A DNA stretch of 24,432 bases, from positions 1 to 24,432 of the IMG/VR virus record IMGVR_UViG_3300037518_000150; one strand, 5' to 3'. Below, piece after piece: positions 1 to 9,995 of this stretch. A program made the translations under genes and the position numbers. The number at the start of each line of letters is the position of its first letter. Within the stretch, counting starts at the first letter, position 1. Under the pieces are notes generated by a model. That model saw only the letters and a program-made list of their open reading frames with translations, did not search any database and had not been told where the DNA came from. The DNA comes from a virus. Its lineage: Duplodnaviria; Caudoviricetes.

Positions 1-857
1 CCGGATTCAGCGACCCAGTTAGTTCCGTTTCCTACAATGATATTCCCATCTGTTACGGCCAAACCTGCAACGTCTGTTAATCCTGCATCGAGAGGCTGTG
101 CATTCCCACCCGCAGCATAATAAACACCTTTCTTGAAATTACCTGAATCATTTGGGTCTAAATATAAAACCGTATCGCCGTCCGCAAGCTCGGCATGAGT
201 CAAAAGATTTGTCGCAATTTCAGCAGACAAAGAACCGTTTGGAGATTTTGTAATATACGTCGCGTCAGTAGGCGCACCGCTCAAACCGGAAATGTCAGAA
301 ACCAACCCCTTTTTTACTTCACCATCGGTAACATCAACCAAAAACAAAGTATCACCTGAAGCAATTGTAACCAAATCAAGATTTGCTGTTGTCAAGGCAA
401 GTGTCACAGAATCAGTTCCAACCGTTTTTGTAATTCCTTTGCTGGTAAACAAAGTATCGTCATTACCCTGAATCGGAGAATCATCAATATAAGCGAATCC
501 GGCCTGGTCTTGATTTGACCCGCTCCATGCCTGAAGGCTCATCAGGTCAATTGAGTCTGAGCTTGCAATTGTATAAAAAGTTTGCCCGGTAAAGTTAAAA
601 ACGTTAGCAACGATTTTTATTAACGCACCCTGCGGAACATAAAGGTAATGATAGCCGGAGTTTGTATAAATGAAGTTTTTTCCGGTGTACTGAGGGATTG
701 CAACATTGTTTAGCTTAGCCTCGGTTACGGTTATCGTTGTACGTTTTCCAACTGCCGGGTTGGTTCCGAAGTCGTAATGCCAAACATAGATTTTACACAT
801 ATCCGGCTGCGCAAATAGATTGCCAGCCAAAAGAAGGAGTAATATTAGCTTTTTCAT
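1..857 (-). CDS. Tail fibre-like protein with N-terminal signal peptide (3' end outside window)
   Basis: Not in the ORF track; hand-translated, open from ATG 857 to the edge. Starts MKKLILLLLLAGNLFA|QPDMC. Contains GAPTDATYIT..NGSLSAE and AQPLDAGLTDVAGLAVTDGNIIVGNGTNWVAESG, resembling phage fibre motifs. ATGA overlap with the upstream gene's stop. Confidence 0.8.
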   Translation of the reverse strand, partial: MKKLILLLLLAGNLFAQPDMCKIYVWHYDFGTNPAVGKRTTITVTEAKLNNVAIPQYTGKNFIYTNSGYHYLYVPQGALIKIVANVFNFTGQTFYTIASSDSIDLMSLQAWSGSNQDQAGFAYIDDSPIQGNDDTLFTSKGITKTVGTDSVTLALTTANLDLVTIASGDTLFLVDVTDGEVKKGLVSDISGLSGAPTDATYITKSPNGSLSAEIATNLLTHAELADGDTVLYLDPNDSGNFKKGVYYAAGGNAQPLDAGLTDVAGLAVTDGNIIVGNGTNWVAES

Positions 858-1108
858 TTCTTATTAATCCGGTTAATTTCTTGCGCAATAATCTTGCTGG
901 CTGTTGAATCTCGCCGCGCGGTATTCCCTAAAACTTGCTGAAGTTGAACGTTTTGGGTTGAAAGAGCTTGAACGGAACCTTTTAGCTCTGATATTGTTCG
1001 GGAATCCGACCGCCGTAAACCCTGATTTTGTCCTAAAAATAAGCCGGTAAAAAAGGCCAGAATAGAAATTATTCCGACGATAATATAATTTTTAATTTCT
1101 TCTTTCAA
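854..1108 (-). CDS. Small membrane protein (one N-terminal TM helix + coiled coil)
   Basis: Hydrophobic YIIVGIISILAFFTGLFLG followed by a heptad-like ISELKGSVQALSTQNVQLQQVL. Overlaps both neighbours by 4 nt. Confidence 0.7.
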   Translation of the reverse strand: MKEEIKNYIIVGIISILAFFTGLFLGQNQGLRRSDSRTISELKGSVQALSTQNVQLQQVLGNTARRDSTASKIIAQEINRINKK

Positions 1109-3342
1109 TTTATATGCTCCTTAAAAAATAATGCTCTCAATTCTTCGAGTTGTTTATTCAACTCAATTATTTGCAGCTTTTGATTTTGCATTTCAGAAAT
1201 CATATAGGCCATGACCACCCGGTTGTCGTAATTTTTGACATTTTTATTTTCATCGTATTGAGCCGCTTCCGGCAGTAACTTTGCCACATCTTCGGCAATA
1301 AGTCCATATCCTTTTTGTCCGTTATTCGCTGATTTCTTATTCCACTTAAATGAAACCGGCCTGAAATTTAAAATATCTGTTTGCGGATTCCAGTTTTTTA
1401 CGTTTGACTTGAAACGCTTTGAGCTGGTTTCTTCAACAATTTGGTCTGTATTGGCTACGCGGGAAAGCTGTGTTCCTGTGCCACTGCCGAGGCCTTCCAT
1501 GTAAATATTGCCATTTGCGCCGTTTATCGTAAAAGCTGAATCAACGCCTGCTGATTCAAAGCGAATATCTACATCCTGCCCATCTTCATTAAATATTAGT
1601 AACCCCTCATTTACCGAACCATTGTATCCAGATGCCTTTATAAAATTTCTTTGCTGAGCATCCATCGAAACGTCAAACCTAATCTCACCAGCCCAATCAT
1701 TTAAAGTCACATCCACAGCGTAAGCCTCTATCCATCCAAAACCCCTAATCAAATCCCCAGAATCGTACCCAGACCAATTCAATGAACCTAAAATATCACC
1801 ATCCGCCGGAGATTCTGAGTCGAGTATAAATCTAAACCATGCACCCTCATTTCCGTCTTGGTCGCTTTCAAGAACAATCTTTGGACTCGCCGTTCCAGAT
1901 GTGCTATAAATATGCAATTCTCCCTCTGGCGAAGAAATTCCGCCAATTCCGACACCAGTTCCACTTTGAGTTAAAATTAAATTACCGCTATCATCAACTG
2001 TTATGCTTGCCGAATCGTCTTGTGCTGTGTCCATAATATGTATCGAATTATCTCCAGCATCGGATGGCTTTAAAAAACTCCCCGCGTCCGTCCATTGTCC
2101 GCCACCTGCATTAGCTAACGTAAATGTTGAATTTGCTCCCATGCCGGTTGTGTCAAAATAAACACTTTTATAGGTTAAGTCAGCATTAATATATAGAGAA
2201 TCTTCGGCGGCATCCAAGACTAAAGCGGTTGCAAGATTATCACTTTCAACAACTAAATCCCAATCATGGGAATCCTGGTTAAAGGTTACCCGGCCTTCTC
2301 CAACTGCGCCAAAGTGCCCGTCTATTTCAAAGACAGTCGAGCTTGTTTGATTAATATCAACATCTATATCTAATTGACCAGATTCATCATCAACGGTAGG
2401 GTGAGAATTTTTTGCAATAATCTCAACGAAGTCGTTTTTACCAGCGCCAGAATTATTAGTTGCAAAACTGATTCTTGCAATTTCGTCCGACGCAGCCGGT
2501 GAGCTTGTGTTTAAGTAGAACTCAAGACTGGGGCCTACAGTGCCGGTATTCTCACTTTCTATCAGAAAATCAGGGCTACCGGAAATATTGTCGTAAAAAT
2601 GCAAATCTTCTGTCGGCGAGGCCGTGCCAATTCCTACATTTATATCTGCGTTTGTAGGATTTAGATTGATATAACCGGAACCCACAACGCCCGTATATCC
2701 ATCCAAAGCCATAAACTCGGTTGTCGTATTATCCAGCAAGTTGTAAAACCTTGTAGAACCTGCCGCATCAGCTGCCGTAGCGTCCTCAGACAAAAAAGTA
2801 ATCGTTGAATAATTTGTAAGAAGATTGGTCGAGCCTCTGCCCTGCCCTATAATTGAGCCAAGTAAATCATTGTCAGCCGGCGATGAAGAATCAAGCAAAA
2901 GAACAATTCCACCGCCTTGCGTTCCGCCCTGCTCACTTTCAACTGTCACAAATGGCGTACCGCTTGAGGCATCATAAACATGCAAAGGTGATGATGGAGT
3001 CGTTAACCCCATCCCTACATCCCCTGCATTTGAAATATAGATTGGCACTATTGACTTATCGCCAAGATAAAGATTACCGCTTGCATCTACCCGGATGATT
3101 GTATCCGTTGCGGCGACAACTCTGATACCGGCCTGATTGAAAACAAGTTCTCGGGCAAGCTCAAGCTTGAAATTATCCCACTCAAACCGGCGGGTTGCGT
3201 AATTCCCTGAACCGGATGTATCTACCGAAACCAGAAATATAGAATCATCTTCAAAGTCTGTGGCCTCGGTTAACTGGCTTAATTTAACTTGGCCAAATGC
3301 CATCGATGAAAACAATAGTAACAATAGTAATATCTTTTTCAT
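1105..3342 (-). CDS. Tail fibre/spike with C-terminal intramolecular chaperone (Peptidase_S74-like) and N-terminal signal peptide
   Basis: C-terminal SSKRFKSNVK...RPVSFKW...YGLIAEDV..LLPE plus coiled coil. Three internal repeats (VG[MI]G..P...LH.Y...ESE..G...L[DN][ST].SPA). N-terminus MKKILLLLLLFSSMAFG|Q. Confidence 0.85.
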   Translation of the reverse strand: MKKILLLLLLFSSMAFGQVKLSQLTEATDFEDDSIFLVSVDTSGSGNYATRRFEWDNFKLELARELVFNQAGIRVVAATDTIIRVDASGNLYLGDKSIVPIYISNAGDVGMGLTTPSSPLHVYDASSGTPFVTVESEQGGTQGGGIVLLLDSSSPADNDLLGSIIGQGRGSTNLLTNYSTITFLSEDATAADAAGSTRFYNLLDNTTTEFMALDGYTGVVGSGYINLNPTNADINVGIGTASPTEDLHFYDNISGSPDFLIESENTGTVGPSLEFYLNTSSPAASDEIARISFATNNSGAGKNDFVEIIAKNSHPTVDDESGQLDIDVDINQTSSTVFEIDGHFGAVGEGRVTFNQDSHDWDLVVESDNLATALVLDAAEDSLYINADLTYKSVYFDTTGMGANSTFTLANAGGGQWTDAGSFLKPSDAGDNSIHIMDTAQDDSASITVDDSGNLILTQSGTGVGIGGISSPEGELHIYSTSGTASPKIVLESDQDGNEGAWFRFILDSESPADGDILGSLNWSGYDSGDLIRGFGWIEAYAVDVTLNDWAGEIRFDVSMDAQQRNFIKASGYNGSVNEGLLIFNEDGQDVDIRFESAGVDSAFTINGANGNIYMEGLGSGTGTQLSRVANTDQIVEETSSKRFKSNVKNWNPQTDILNFRPVSFKWNKKSANNGQKGYGLIAEDVAKLLPEAAQYDENKNVKNYDNRVVMAYMISEMQNQKLQIIELNKQLEELRALFFKEHIN

Positions 3343-3344
3343 GT

Positions 3345-3881
3345 TTACTCCGTTATGATTTCAAGGCCGCCTGTTTCAGTGATTATCGTATCTTCGGTAA
3401 CTTCGGTAATAATCCCGCCGCTCACAATAGGCGGTGCGGCTGACTGTTGTAATCTTAAATTTTTAGTTGAAATAAATTTCAGTATTAAAGCATCTCCCGG
3501 CTCATTTAATCCGTTCGGTATCGAATTAATATAAAACGGCTCAATCTCAGAAAACAGAAAAGGAACTTCGTTTCCAAGACTGTCTTTAATCGGCTCATTG
3601 TCTCTATGCCGGTAAAGAGTTACCAGGTCATAAAGATTATCGTTTAAAGTATTATATTTAGCCAGCCTTGCAGCTTCGTTGCCATATTTGAAAAGATGAA
3701 CAATAACCTCATATTCCCATCCATATTCACGATTAAAAAATGTTCTTGAGCCGTCTATTTCCGATACCTGCGCTAAATTATCAAAGACAGGATTATCCAA
3801 TTCCACCTTTGCGTGGTCAATGTTTATATCCACCCCGGAGCTATTTTTAATTTTTGGGCTTTGTGTGCCGAATATGCTCAT
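3345..3881 (-). CDS. Putative distal tail/baseplate protein, paralogue of 4023..4454
   Basis: Position after tape measure/hub. Shares MSIFGTQSP/MGIWGTSSP and W.[YF]EV..HL[FY][KR].G.E. C-terminal IITE repeats. Confidence 0.55.
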   Translation of the reverse strand: MSIFGTQSPKIKNSSGVDINIDHAKVELDNPVFDNLAQVSEIDGSRTFFNREYGWEYEVIVHLFKYGNEAARLAKYNTLNDNLYDLVTLYRHRDNEPIKDSLGNEVPFLFSEIEPFYINSIPNGLNEPGDALILKFISTKNLRLQQSAAPPIVSGGIITEVTEDTIITETGGLEIITE

Positions 3882-4026
3882 AAGCCTGCTCTACTATTTC
3901 TCTTTTGTCAAGTGAGTTGTGGATAACAATCATTTCATCGTTTTCAATTTCAACCCGCGGATTACACCAACAGTGTGTTGCCTCAACATGTTCTTTTAAA
4001 TCATTTACCGGCAATACATTTATCAT
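3847..4026 (-). CDS. Small His/Cys protein (59 aa)
   Basis: Hand-translated MINVLPVNDLKEHVEATHCWCNPRVEIENDEMIVIHNSLDKRE...; ATGA overlap with the upstream gene; fills the gap in the operon; H/CWC/H putative metal ligands. Confidence 0.7.
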   Translation of the reverse strand: MINVLPVNDLKEHVEATHCWCNPRVEIENDEMIVIHNSLDKREIVEQAYEHIRHTKPKN

Positions 4027-4454
4027 GCCGCCGCGCTCAAACTTATATCTACATAATCCTTACTTTCAAACCTGCAAAATAATCCGGTCTCGTAGTTTAC
4101 CGTAGTTAGCTCAACCGGCCTGAGCGAAGCAAAGTAGAACTCAACATCTCCTGAGGCATTCTGTAAAAAGTCATGGTCTGAGTAAGGCTTAATATAAACA
4201 TCCGTATGTAACAATTCTGCAAGCTCGATGTATTTGTTGTAAGTTTCCGCGCCGTGCCTATACAAGTGAGTCAAAACTTCAAATATCCACCAGTAGCCTT
4301 TCGTGATAAATTGCTTATTTGAAGAAATCGGATTTTTTTGTTCGAGCCGGTCAAAAGAAGCCTTGTTTGCCTGTATAACAGAATAACTCAAAGCAATTTC
4401 AACAGAGCTTGAAACTACTTTTATCAAAGGTGAACTCGTACCCCATATTCCCAT
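4023..4454 (-). CDS. Putative distal tail protein, paralogue of 3345..3881
   Basis: Synteny and visible similarity to 3345..3881. Confidence 0.55.
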   Translation of the reverse strand: MGIWGTSSPLIKVVSSSVEIALSYSVIQANKASFDRLEQKNPISSNKQFITKGYWWIFEVLTHLYRHGAETYNKYIELAELLHTDVYIKPYSDHDFLQNASGDVEFYFASLRPVELTTVNYETGLFCRFESKDYVDISLSAAA

Positions 4455-6028
4455 TATTCCGGCTCCCCTCCACCAGATGCAACGCCTAAATAAATTGCAT
4501 CTATTATTGTCTCATTTTTTTCAAAATCTTTTTCAATTCCTATTATCTGGTATAAACCGTTAGCATAAACAGTACCCTTTAGGAAATCATAATTTACGCC
4601 CCGGCAAATCATTCTGTCAACACGGCAATTTTCTATATTGCTTCTGAAGTGATACCAAAATTCCGCAATCAGTTTTCCGTTATCATAAGTCGATGGAAAA
4701 TCTTCTAATGACGGGTCATTACCTGCGAGTATGCTATTATTCCCGGTTGTGCTAAATACATTCGTCCCATTCCCCCCAAAAGCTGTATACCAAAACGGGA
4801 TAACTTCTTCGATAATTAATCGCCTGTTTTCGTCTGCGGTATATACTCCGGCGTCATAATGAACAACGTCTGATGAAATTGTCTTAACAAGCACATACTC
4901 CAGCAATCCAAATCGATAGGATTTTTCATGTTTTAAAACCTGTGTCAATGTTTGCGTATCACCAGAATTGTAATAAAACAATTTATGAAAAAACGCCTTC
5001 CCTTCGTGTATCATTCCGGTAAAAGCACAAAAATGTAAAGCAAGTAATTTCAAAAAATCCTTCACACTGCTCAGTCCGGATGGTGGGGATTGCGTTAAAG
5101 TATTGCCGGCAACGTAACTCGTTGTCAACATTGATACCTCGTCAAAAGTATAATCCGGGGCGCCGCCAAGTTCAGAAAAAACCCAGTTATGGACAACACT
5201 CAAATCATCCGGGTAAACTATTCCACCACCAACTTTATTATAAGCATCAGTTAAAATAAAAACAAGCTGGCGCGTCAATGCTCCGGCAAAATCATAAACA
5301 ATTCCAATTATCGTTGCGCTTGGAAAATATCCTGATTGAGTAGTTGCTACATCGATATAAAAACTCGTTGAATTAATCCTGGTAACATATTTCCATCCGG
5401 CAGCATCAGACGGAGCCGAGCCGTGTGTTACAACTATCTTTACCAAATCCCCGGTTTGAAAATCATTATTCGGAGTTGGGATTGTTCCGTAGGTAACTTT
5501 TAATCTACCGTTTGTCGAATCTTGTTCAATCCCATAAATCGGGTCTTGTGCGCCGGTATTTAAATAATTAAAATTATCAGTTGGCTCCCCATTTTCATTA
5601 AACACAGCCTCGTTGAGCAAAACAGTATTCGGTGTTGCTGTAAACGACACCTCAAATAATCCGGTATCAGACTTTATACTTCGCTCATCTACAGTACCAA
5701 CAAATTCAGTCGCACCGTTCAAAAGCAATGTAACTTTAAATTGTTTAACAGTTGCAGCCTGTTCCGCCGAACTGCCATACAAAAGGCCGTCCAGATAACC
5801 TGCTTTGTCTCCAATCGTGAACTCCATTTCGGAAGGAACTAGCAATGGGTCGTCAAGTTCATATTGAAGTTTTAATGTTCCATACTTCATAACCTCAATG
5901 TTCTTTTCGCTCGCCTGATAGGATTGATTTCCGGCTGTTAAATCAACTGTAAACTGCAATTGTAGCTCAACATAATCAGAATCATTAACATAAGCCGCCG
6001 GAAAGTCGATTGTAATAGTATAACTCAT
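4454..6028 (-). CDS. Putative baseplate hub/tail tip protein
   Basis: Directly after tape measure (4-nt overlap); beta-rich; ends YQIIGIEKDFEKNETIIDA, like hub C-termini. Confidence 0.55.
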   Translation of the reverse strand: MSYTITIDFPAAYVNDSDYVELQLQFTVDLTAGNQSYQASEKNIEVMKYGTLKLQYELDDPLLVPSEMEFTIGDKAGYLDGLLYGSSAEQAATVKQFKVTLLLNGATEFVGTVDERSIKSDTGLFEVSFTATPNTVLLNEAVFNENGEPTDNFNYLNTGAQDPIYGIEQDSTNGRLKVTYGTIPTPNNDFQTGDLVKIVVTHGSAPSDAAGWKYVTRINSTSFYIDVATTQSGYFPSATIIGIVYDFAGALTRQLVFILTDAYNKVGGGIVYPDDLSVVHNWVFSELGGAPDYTFDEVSMLTTSYVAGNTLTQSPPSGLSSVKDFLKLLALHFCAFTGMIHEGKAFFHKLFYYNSGDTQTLTQVLKHEKSYRFGLLEYVLVKTISSDVVHYDAGVYTADENRRLIIEEVIPFWYTAFGGNGTNVFSTTGNNSILAGNDPSLEDFPSTYDNGKLIAEFWYHFRSNIENCRVDRMICRGVNYDFLKGTVYANGLYQIIGIEKDFEKNETIIDAIYLGVASGGGEPE

Positions 6029-7899
6029 CTATATGAATTTTCTTTTCTTTGTTCCTGTTTGTTAAGTAAGTGCAACCCTCTTGAATCAACGTTCAATTCG
6101 TTCTCAATTGCAATCTGACGCATACCAAGCCTGGCAATATTCACATTCATTGCGCCTAACTTGCCGTCAATTTTGCTTAACAATCTTGTTTCGTTATCAG
6201 CTCCGCCTGGAGGAGTTACTTTAAACCTTTCACCGGATGTCAATCCAATTCCAAATGAATCATTAGGGAATCCGCCCGGTACAGTCTGATAACCATTTGT
6301 CCCTTTTGCAAATCCCAATATCGGCTTTGATACAGCAGTTGGTACCCCGAATAATTCAAAAGCTTTTAAAATAAGCATCTTCGCGATAACTCTCTCTAAC
6401 TCGGCGACCACCTGACTTGCAAACATTTTAAAAGCGTTCCCTAAATTCAAAGTGAAGTTATTCGCGTCAATCAGGCCATCAACAAACGCATCCATTGCTC
6501 TTGCTCCAGCCTGAATATTTTCTACGTTTAATACTTCTTCTTCCGGCTCAATTTCCCCTTTCAGTTCGCGTCTTTTTTTACGCATTTTCTTTTCGAAGTC
6601 CCGTTCAATTTCTTTTTCGAGGTCTCCTTCAAAGTCTTTTGTGAAAAAATCGCTTTCGAGTTCTTTATAGGCCGCCTTTGCTTCCTCTATCTTTTTCTTG
6701 AGCTTGTCAAAATCATCCGTTTTATCAACTAAAGTGCCGCCATCGCTGCCGGTTTGTCCGGTACTTCCACCGCCAGCCGCAGGTAATTGCGGGCCTTCCG
6801 GTGTAACCTCGCCTTTTAAAACAGCTAATTCATGCCGAAGTTGTCGTATCTTTCTTTCATACTTTTCAATTCTATCTTGACTATTTTGACCGAACAAGCG
6901 ATTAAGTGGAGAATTTAAGTTATCTATATTCCCTTGAAGCATGCCAATTTCATGGTTTATCTCAGCAATTCGCTCTTTTTTTGAAGTAGTGAAAAAGCCC
7001 GACAACTTTCCCATTGCACTAACAGCAAGATTAATACCTTTAGCCAAATTTTTACCCAAACTTTCTGCTTTACCGGAATCAACAAAAGAGCCTATCTTTG
7101 TAATAACCGTATTCAAGGTGGTCAGAAGCTCGGTTTTCATTACATCGCCAACTTTTTTAAAGGCAAGATTGACATTATCTTTGAAAGTTGACCATCTGCC
7201 CTCAAGCGTATTAGCGAGCTTCACTGTACCACCTGAAATCTTTCCATCAGGGTCGGTGAAGGTTTTTTCCATTGCTTTTCTAAATTCTGGAAGTGTCAGT
7301 TTTGTTAAATCATCAATACCGCTTTCCATTTTAATTAAATTCAGAACACCTCTTTCCCTGAAAATATCAGCCGCGCCCGCCCCTCCGGCAAAAGCACGAC
7401 CATAGGCTGCGGCGGCCTCCGGTAAACTAACACCCATGAACACGGCCAAATCGCCCATTGCCTTTATTGATTCTTTGTTTGTGTCGCCGAACGATTTGAG
7501 AGTAGCTTCAGCCTCTACGATTTCATTTAGTTCGAACGGCGTATTGGCTGCAAATTTTACAAGTTCCTCAAAGCGTTTTTTCCCAGCCTCAGCGCTACCA
7601 GATAATTGCTCAAGTCTTAATTGAAGTGTCTCAAAATTTGCCGATGTGCGAACCGATTTAACAATTGCGGCAGCCATAGCACCGAGAGCGGCAACAATAC
7701 CATATTTTATTGTCCGCTTGGCAAAACGACCGAGCCTGCTAAACGCCGCTGAACCGGTGCGTTCAACATTTTTAAAGCTGCCTGACATCTTATCGGTCTG
7801 ATTGTCAACTGATTGTCTTAATTGCTGAAGTTCCCGTATCATTTTATCATTTTGAACATGAGCCTCTGCAATCAAATCAGCTATTTTTATGTTAGGCAT
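6025..7899 (-). CDS. Tape measure protein
   Basis: Helical, Ala/Gly rich; AANTPFELNEI, ANTLEGRWSTFKDN, C-terminal GFAKG..VPGG..NDS..IGLTSGERF.V; typical position. Confidence 0.9.
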   Translation of the reverse strand: MPNIKIADLIAEAHVQNDKMIRELQQLRQSVDNQTDKMSGSFKNVERTGSAAFSRLGRFAKRTIKYGIVAALGAMAAAIVKSVRTSANFETLQLRLEQLSGSAEAGKKRFEELVKFAANTPFELNEIVEAEATLKSFGDTNKESIKAMGDLAVFMGVSLPEAAAAYGRAFAGGAGAADIFRERGVLNLIKMESGIDDLTKLTLPEFRKAMEKTFTDPDGKISGGTVKLANTLEGRWSTFKDNVNLAFKKVGDVMKTELLTTLNTVITKIGSFVDSGKAESLGKNLAKGINLAVSAMGKLSGFFTTSKKERIAEINHEIGMLQGNIDNLNSPLNRLFGQNSQDRIEKYERKIRQLRHELAVLKGEVTPEGPQLPAAGGGSTGQTGSDGGTLVDKTDDFDKLKKKIEEAKAAYKELESDFFTKDFEGDLEKEIERDFEKKMRKKRRELKGEIEPEEEVLNVENIQAGARAMDAFVDGLIDANNFTLNLGNAFKMFASQVVAELERVIAKMLILKAFELFGVPTAVSKPILGFAKGTNGYQTVPGGFPNDSFGIGLTSGERFKVTPPGGADNETRLLSKIDGKLGAMNVNIARLGMRQIAIENELNVDSRGLHLLNKQEQRKENSYR

Positions 7900-8542
7900 T
7901 TGCTATCTTCCCCAACTTGCCATCTGCTTTCAGCTTGTGATACATCGCAAAATGGTAAGCCATCTCATGTTCTTTTGTCAGATTGATTTTACCACCTTCC
8001 ACTTGAACTTTCAGCATTTCACCGGCAAATTTGATAGAATCAAAAAAATCTATCAAATACATATCGTCGATTTTATCGTAAGGATGCCCGGTATGTTTAT
8101 GAACAAAAGCCTTGACACGTAATGGATCAAGCGGAATATAATCAGCGGGAATATCCTTGTCGTTATCGTCAACTTCATTACCTTCAAGAATGCCTATTTC
8201 ACGTGAAAGGTCTTTTAGTTGCTGCACGGGTATATTATTTTTGATATAGGATTGTCCGAACTTTCGATATAAGTTCCAGTTCCAGAATTTTAGCCAGTTT
8301 CTACTAACTTTAAGAGAATCGGAGACAAGAATAATCTGATAGAAAAGACTCTTTATTTCATATTCTCTTATAAGCTCAAGAGTCCTTTCATTATCTTTAT
8401 TTTCCTTTAAAGCACCTGCGAGCAATATCAATTCACGATAAAGCTCCTGACCGGAAAGAAAAGATTTTGCTTTTCGGCATGACAATAAGACTTTGCGGCC
8501 AAATAAATTAATTTTTTTTGAGTAAATTTCTTTTGAGTACAC
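7892..8542 (-). CDS. Putative tail assembly chaperone
   Basis: Lies between tail tube genes and tape measure; synteny only. Confidence 0.5.
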   Translation of the reverse strand: MYSKEIYSKKINLFGRKVLLSCRKAKSFLSGQELYRELILLAGALKENKDNERTLELIREYEIKSLFYQIILVSDSLKVSRNWLKFWNWNLYRKFGQSYIKNNIPVQQLKDLSREIGILEGNEVDDNDKDIPADYIPLDPLRVKAFVHKHTGHPYDKIDDMYLIDFFDSIKFAGEMLKVQVEGGKINLTKEHEMAYHFAMYHKLKADGKLGKIANA

Positions 8543-8557
8543 ATGCTCACCAATTGA

Positions 8558-8947
8558 TTAAGTAAACTGTGCCGCAGTTGTAGCGCCGTCTAATTGAAAT
8601 GTATAAGTCGCAAATGCCGGGTCACTGCCTGCGGGATTTATAGTTATCCCCTTATTAACAATTGTACCGTTTGTCCAAGACCAGGATTTATCGGTTGTCC
8701 CATCTTTTGCGTTTAAAACAAACGTTCCGGTGTCACCTTCAACCGGCTCGGCTGTAGCGTCGTCGAGGAATAGTTTACAAGTAAGGCTTCTCGCTACTCT
8801 TCCGGCTAAAAACTCCCTGCCATCACCCCCAGTGTTACCGTCAGTAGCATCACCCTGTTCAACGTCAAATGTTGCATTAATATCGATTGCATAAAAGGTT
8901 GTACCATCAAACACAATCTTCCCGGCTGTTGGGATAAACTTTGCCAT
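8558..8947 (-). CDS. Tail tube protein, copy 2
   Basis: Size, position and D.TD...G.GREFLAG motif typical of siphovirus tube proteins; about 83% identical (hand count) to 8970..9362. Confidence 0.75.
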   Translation of the reverse strand: MAKFIPTAGKIVFDGTTFYAIDINATFDVEQGDATDGNTGGDGREFLAGRVARSLTCKLFLDDATAEPVEGDTGTFVLNAKDGTTDKSWSWTNGTIVNKGITINPAGSDPAFATYTFQLDGATTAAQFT

Positions 8948-8969
8948 ATTGCTATCCTTATGTTAAAAC

Positions 8970-9362
8970 CTATGTTAATTGTACCGCAGTAGTCGCACCA
9001 TCAAGCTGGAAAGTATAAGTCGCAAATGCAGGGTCGCTACCGGCCGGGTTAATTGTTATCCCCTTGTTTACGATAGTCCCGTTTGTCCAAGCCCACGACT
9101 TGTTTGTTGATGCACCAACTTTCGCAGTCAACAAAAACGCACCGGTTGCGCCTTCAACTGGCTCGGCCGTACCGTCCTGTAAAAACAGTTTGCACGTGAT
9201 ACTTCTCGCTACTCTACCAGCCAGAAACTCTCTTCCGTCACCGCCGGTATTCCCATCCGTAACGTCTCCCTGTTCGACGTCAAATGTTGCGTTAATATCA
9301 ATTGCGTAATATACAACCGTTGCAAAAGTTATAAATCCGGCTGTTGGGATAAACTTTGCCAT
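8970..9362 (-). CDS. Tail tube protein, copy 1
   Basis: Same motifs as 8558..8947; SD AAGGA upstream. Confidence 0.75.
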   Translation of the reverse strand: MAKFIPTAGFITFATVVYYAIDINATFDVEQGDVTDGNTGGDGREFLAGRVARSITCKLFLQDGTAEPVEGATGAFLLTAKVGASTNKSWAWTNGTIVNKGITINPAGSDPAFATYTFQLDGATTAVQLT

Positions 9363-9399
9363 TTTTCTTGTCCTTTATTAAAAATAAGTTCTTTGCAAT

Positions 9400-9600
9400 T
9401 TAAGAGCCTGTAACAATTTTCTTGGACTCGCTTTTTTTGAACTCGCCATCGTGTTCATCGAAAACACGAACACCCTTTACACTGGTTTTGCTGACAAGTC
9501 CACAATTGCCGCATTCCTCGTATTCGGTTGTCTGACTTGGTTGTCCATAAACAGAGCCGGTTTTCTTTTTTGTGCTACCGCCACATTTTAAACATTTCAT
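9400..9600 (-). CDS. Small Zn-ribbon protein
   Basis: CLKC...CGNC. Confidence 0.7.
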   Translation of the reverse strand: MKCLKCGGSTKKKTGSVYGQPSQTTEYEECGNCGLVSKTSVKGVRVFDEHDGEFKKSESKKIVTGS

Positions 9601-9602
9601 TT

Positions 9603-9995
9603 TTATTTGCCTTTCAAAATTTTTATGTTGAAGTCTAACGTGTTTTGATAAATATCCCCGAATTCCTGCAAAACTCCGCCAAACTGATTCTGAATATTAA
9701 GCACACTCCAACCGGAAACACTCAACCCCGACGTGTTATCCTGAAATTGGTCTAAATAGTCTTTCATTATATCACCAAGCTCGTCCTCATTGTCGGTACG
9801 GAAGGTAATTTGAATATTGGTCTCATGTTGCCATGTTCCGCCGTCAAAAGTTGTTCGCCCCTGCCCAATTTCAAACCATGCAGCATAAGGATAGGTCGTA
9901 TTGTCAGCAAGTTTCCGGTAATAGAATTTACTTCCAACTTTCGCATTAACATTTTTTCCAAAATCAGTTATTCCGGTTTCAAGTTCTGGTAACAT
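9603..9995 (-). CDS. Tail terminator/completion protein (DUF3168/SPP1 gp17-like)
   Basis: 130 aa, acidic, TTYPYA and IQITF motifs, upstream of the tube genes. Confidence 0.7.
   Translation of the reverse strand: MLPELETGITDFGKNVNAKVGSKFYYRKLADNTTYPYAAWFEIGQGRTTFDGGTWQHETNIQITFRTDNEDELGDIMKDYLDQFQDNTSGLSVSGWSVLNIQNQFGGVLQEFGDIYQNTLDFNIKILKGK

Noticed and set aside
854-1108. Holin or spanin call
   Set aside because: TM plus coiled coil is compatible, but no endolysin or lipoprotein partner is visible in the window.
1105-3342. Diversity-generating retroelement target in the fibre
   Set aside because: Repeats are diverged protein-level repeats; no TR/VR pair with adenine-specific differences and no reverse transcriptase in the window.
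7892-8542. Programmed frameshift in the tail chaperone
   Set aside because: A single ORF spans the whole gap to the tape measure and no convincing internal slippery site was seen.
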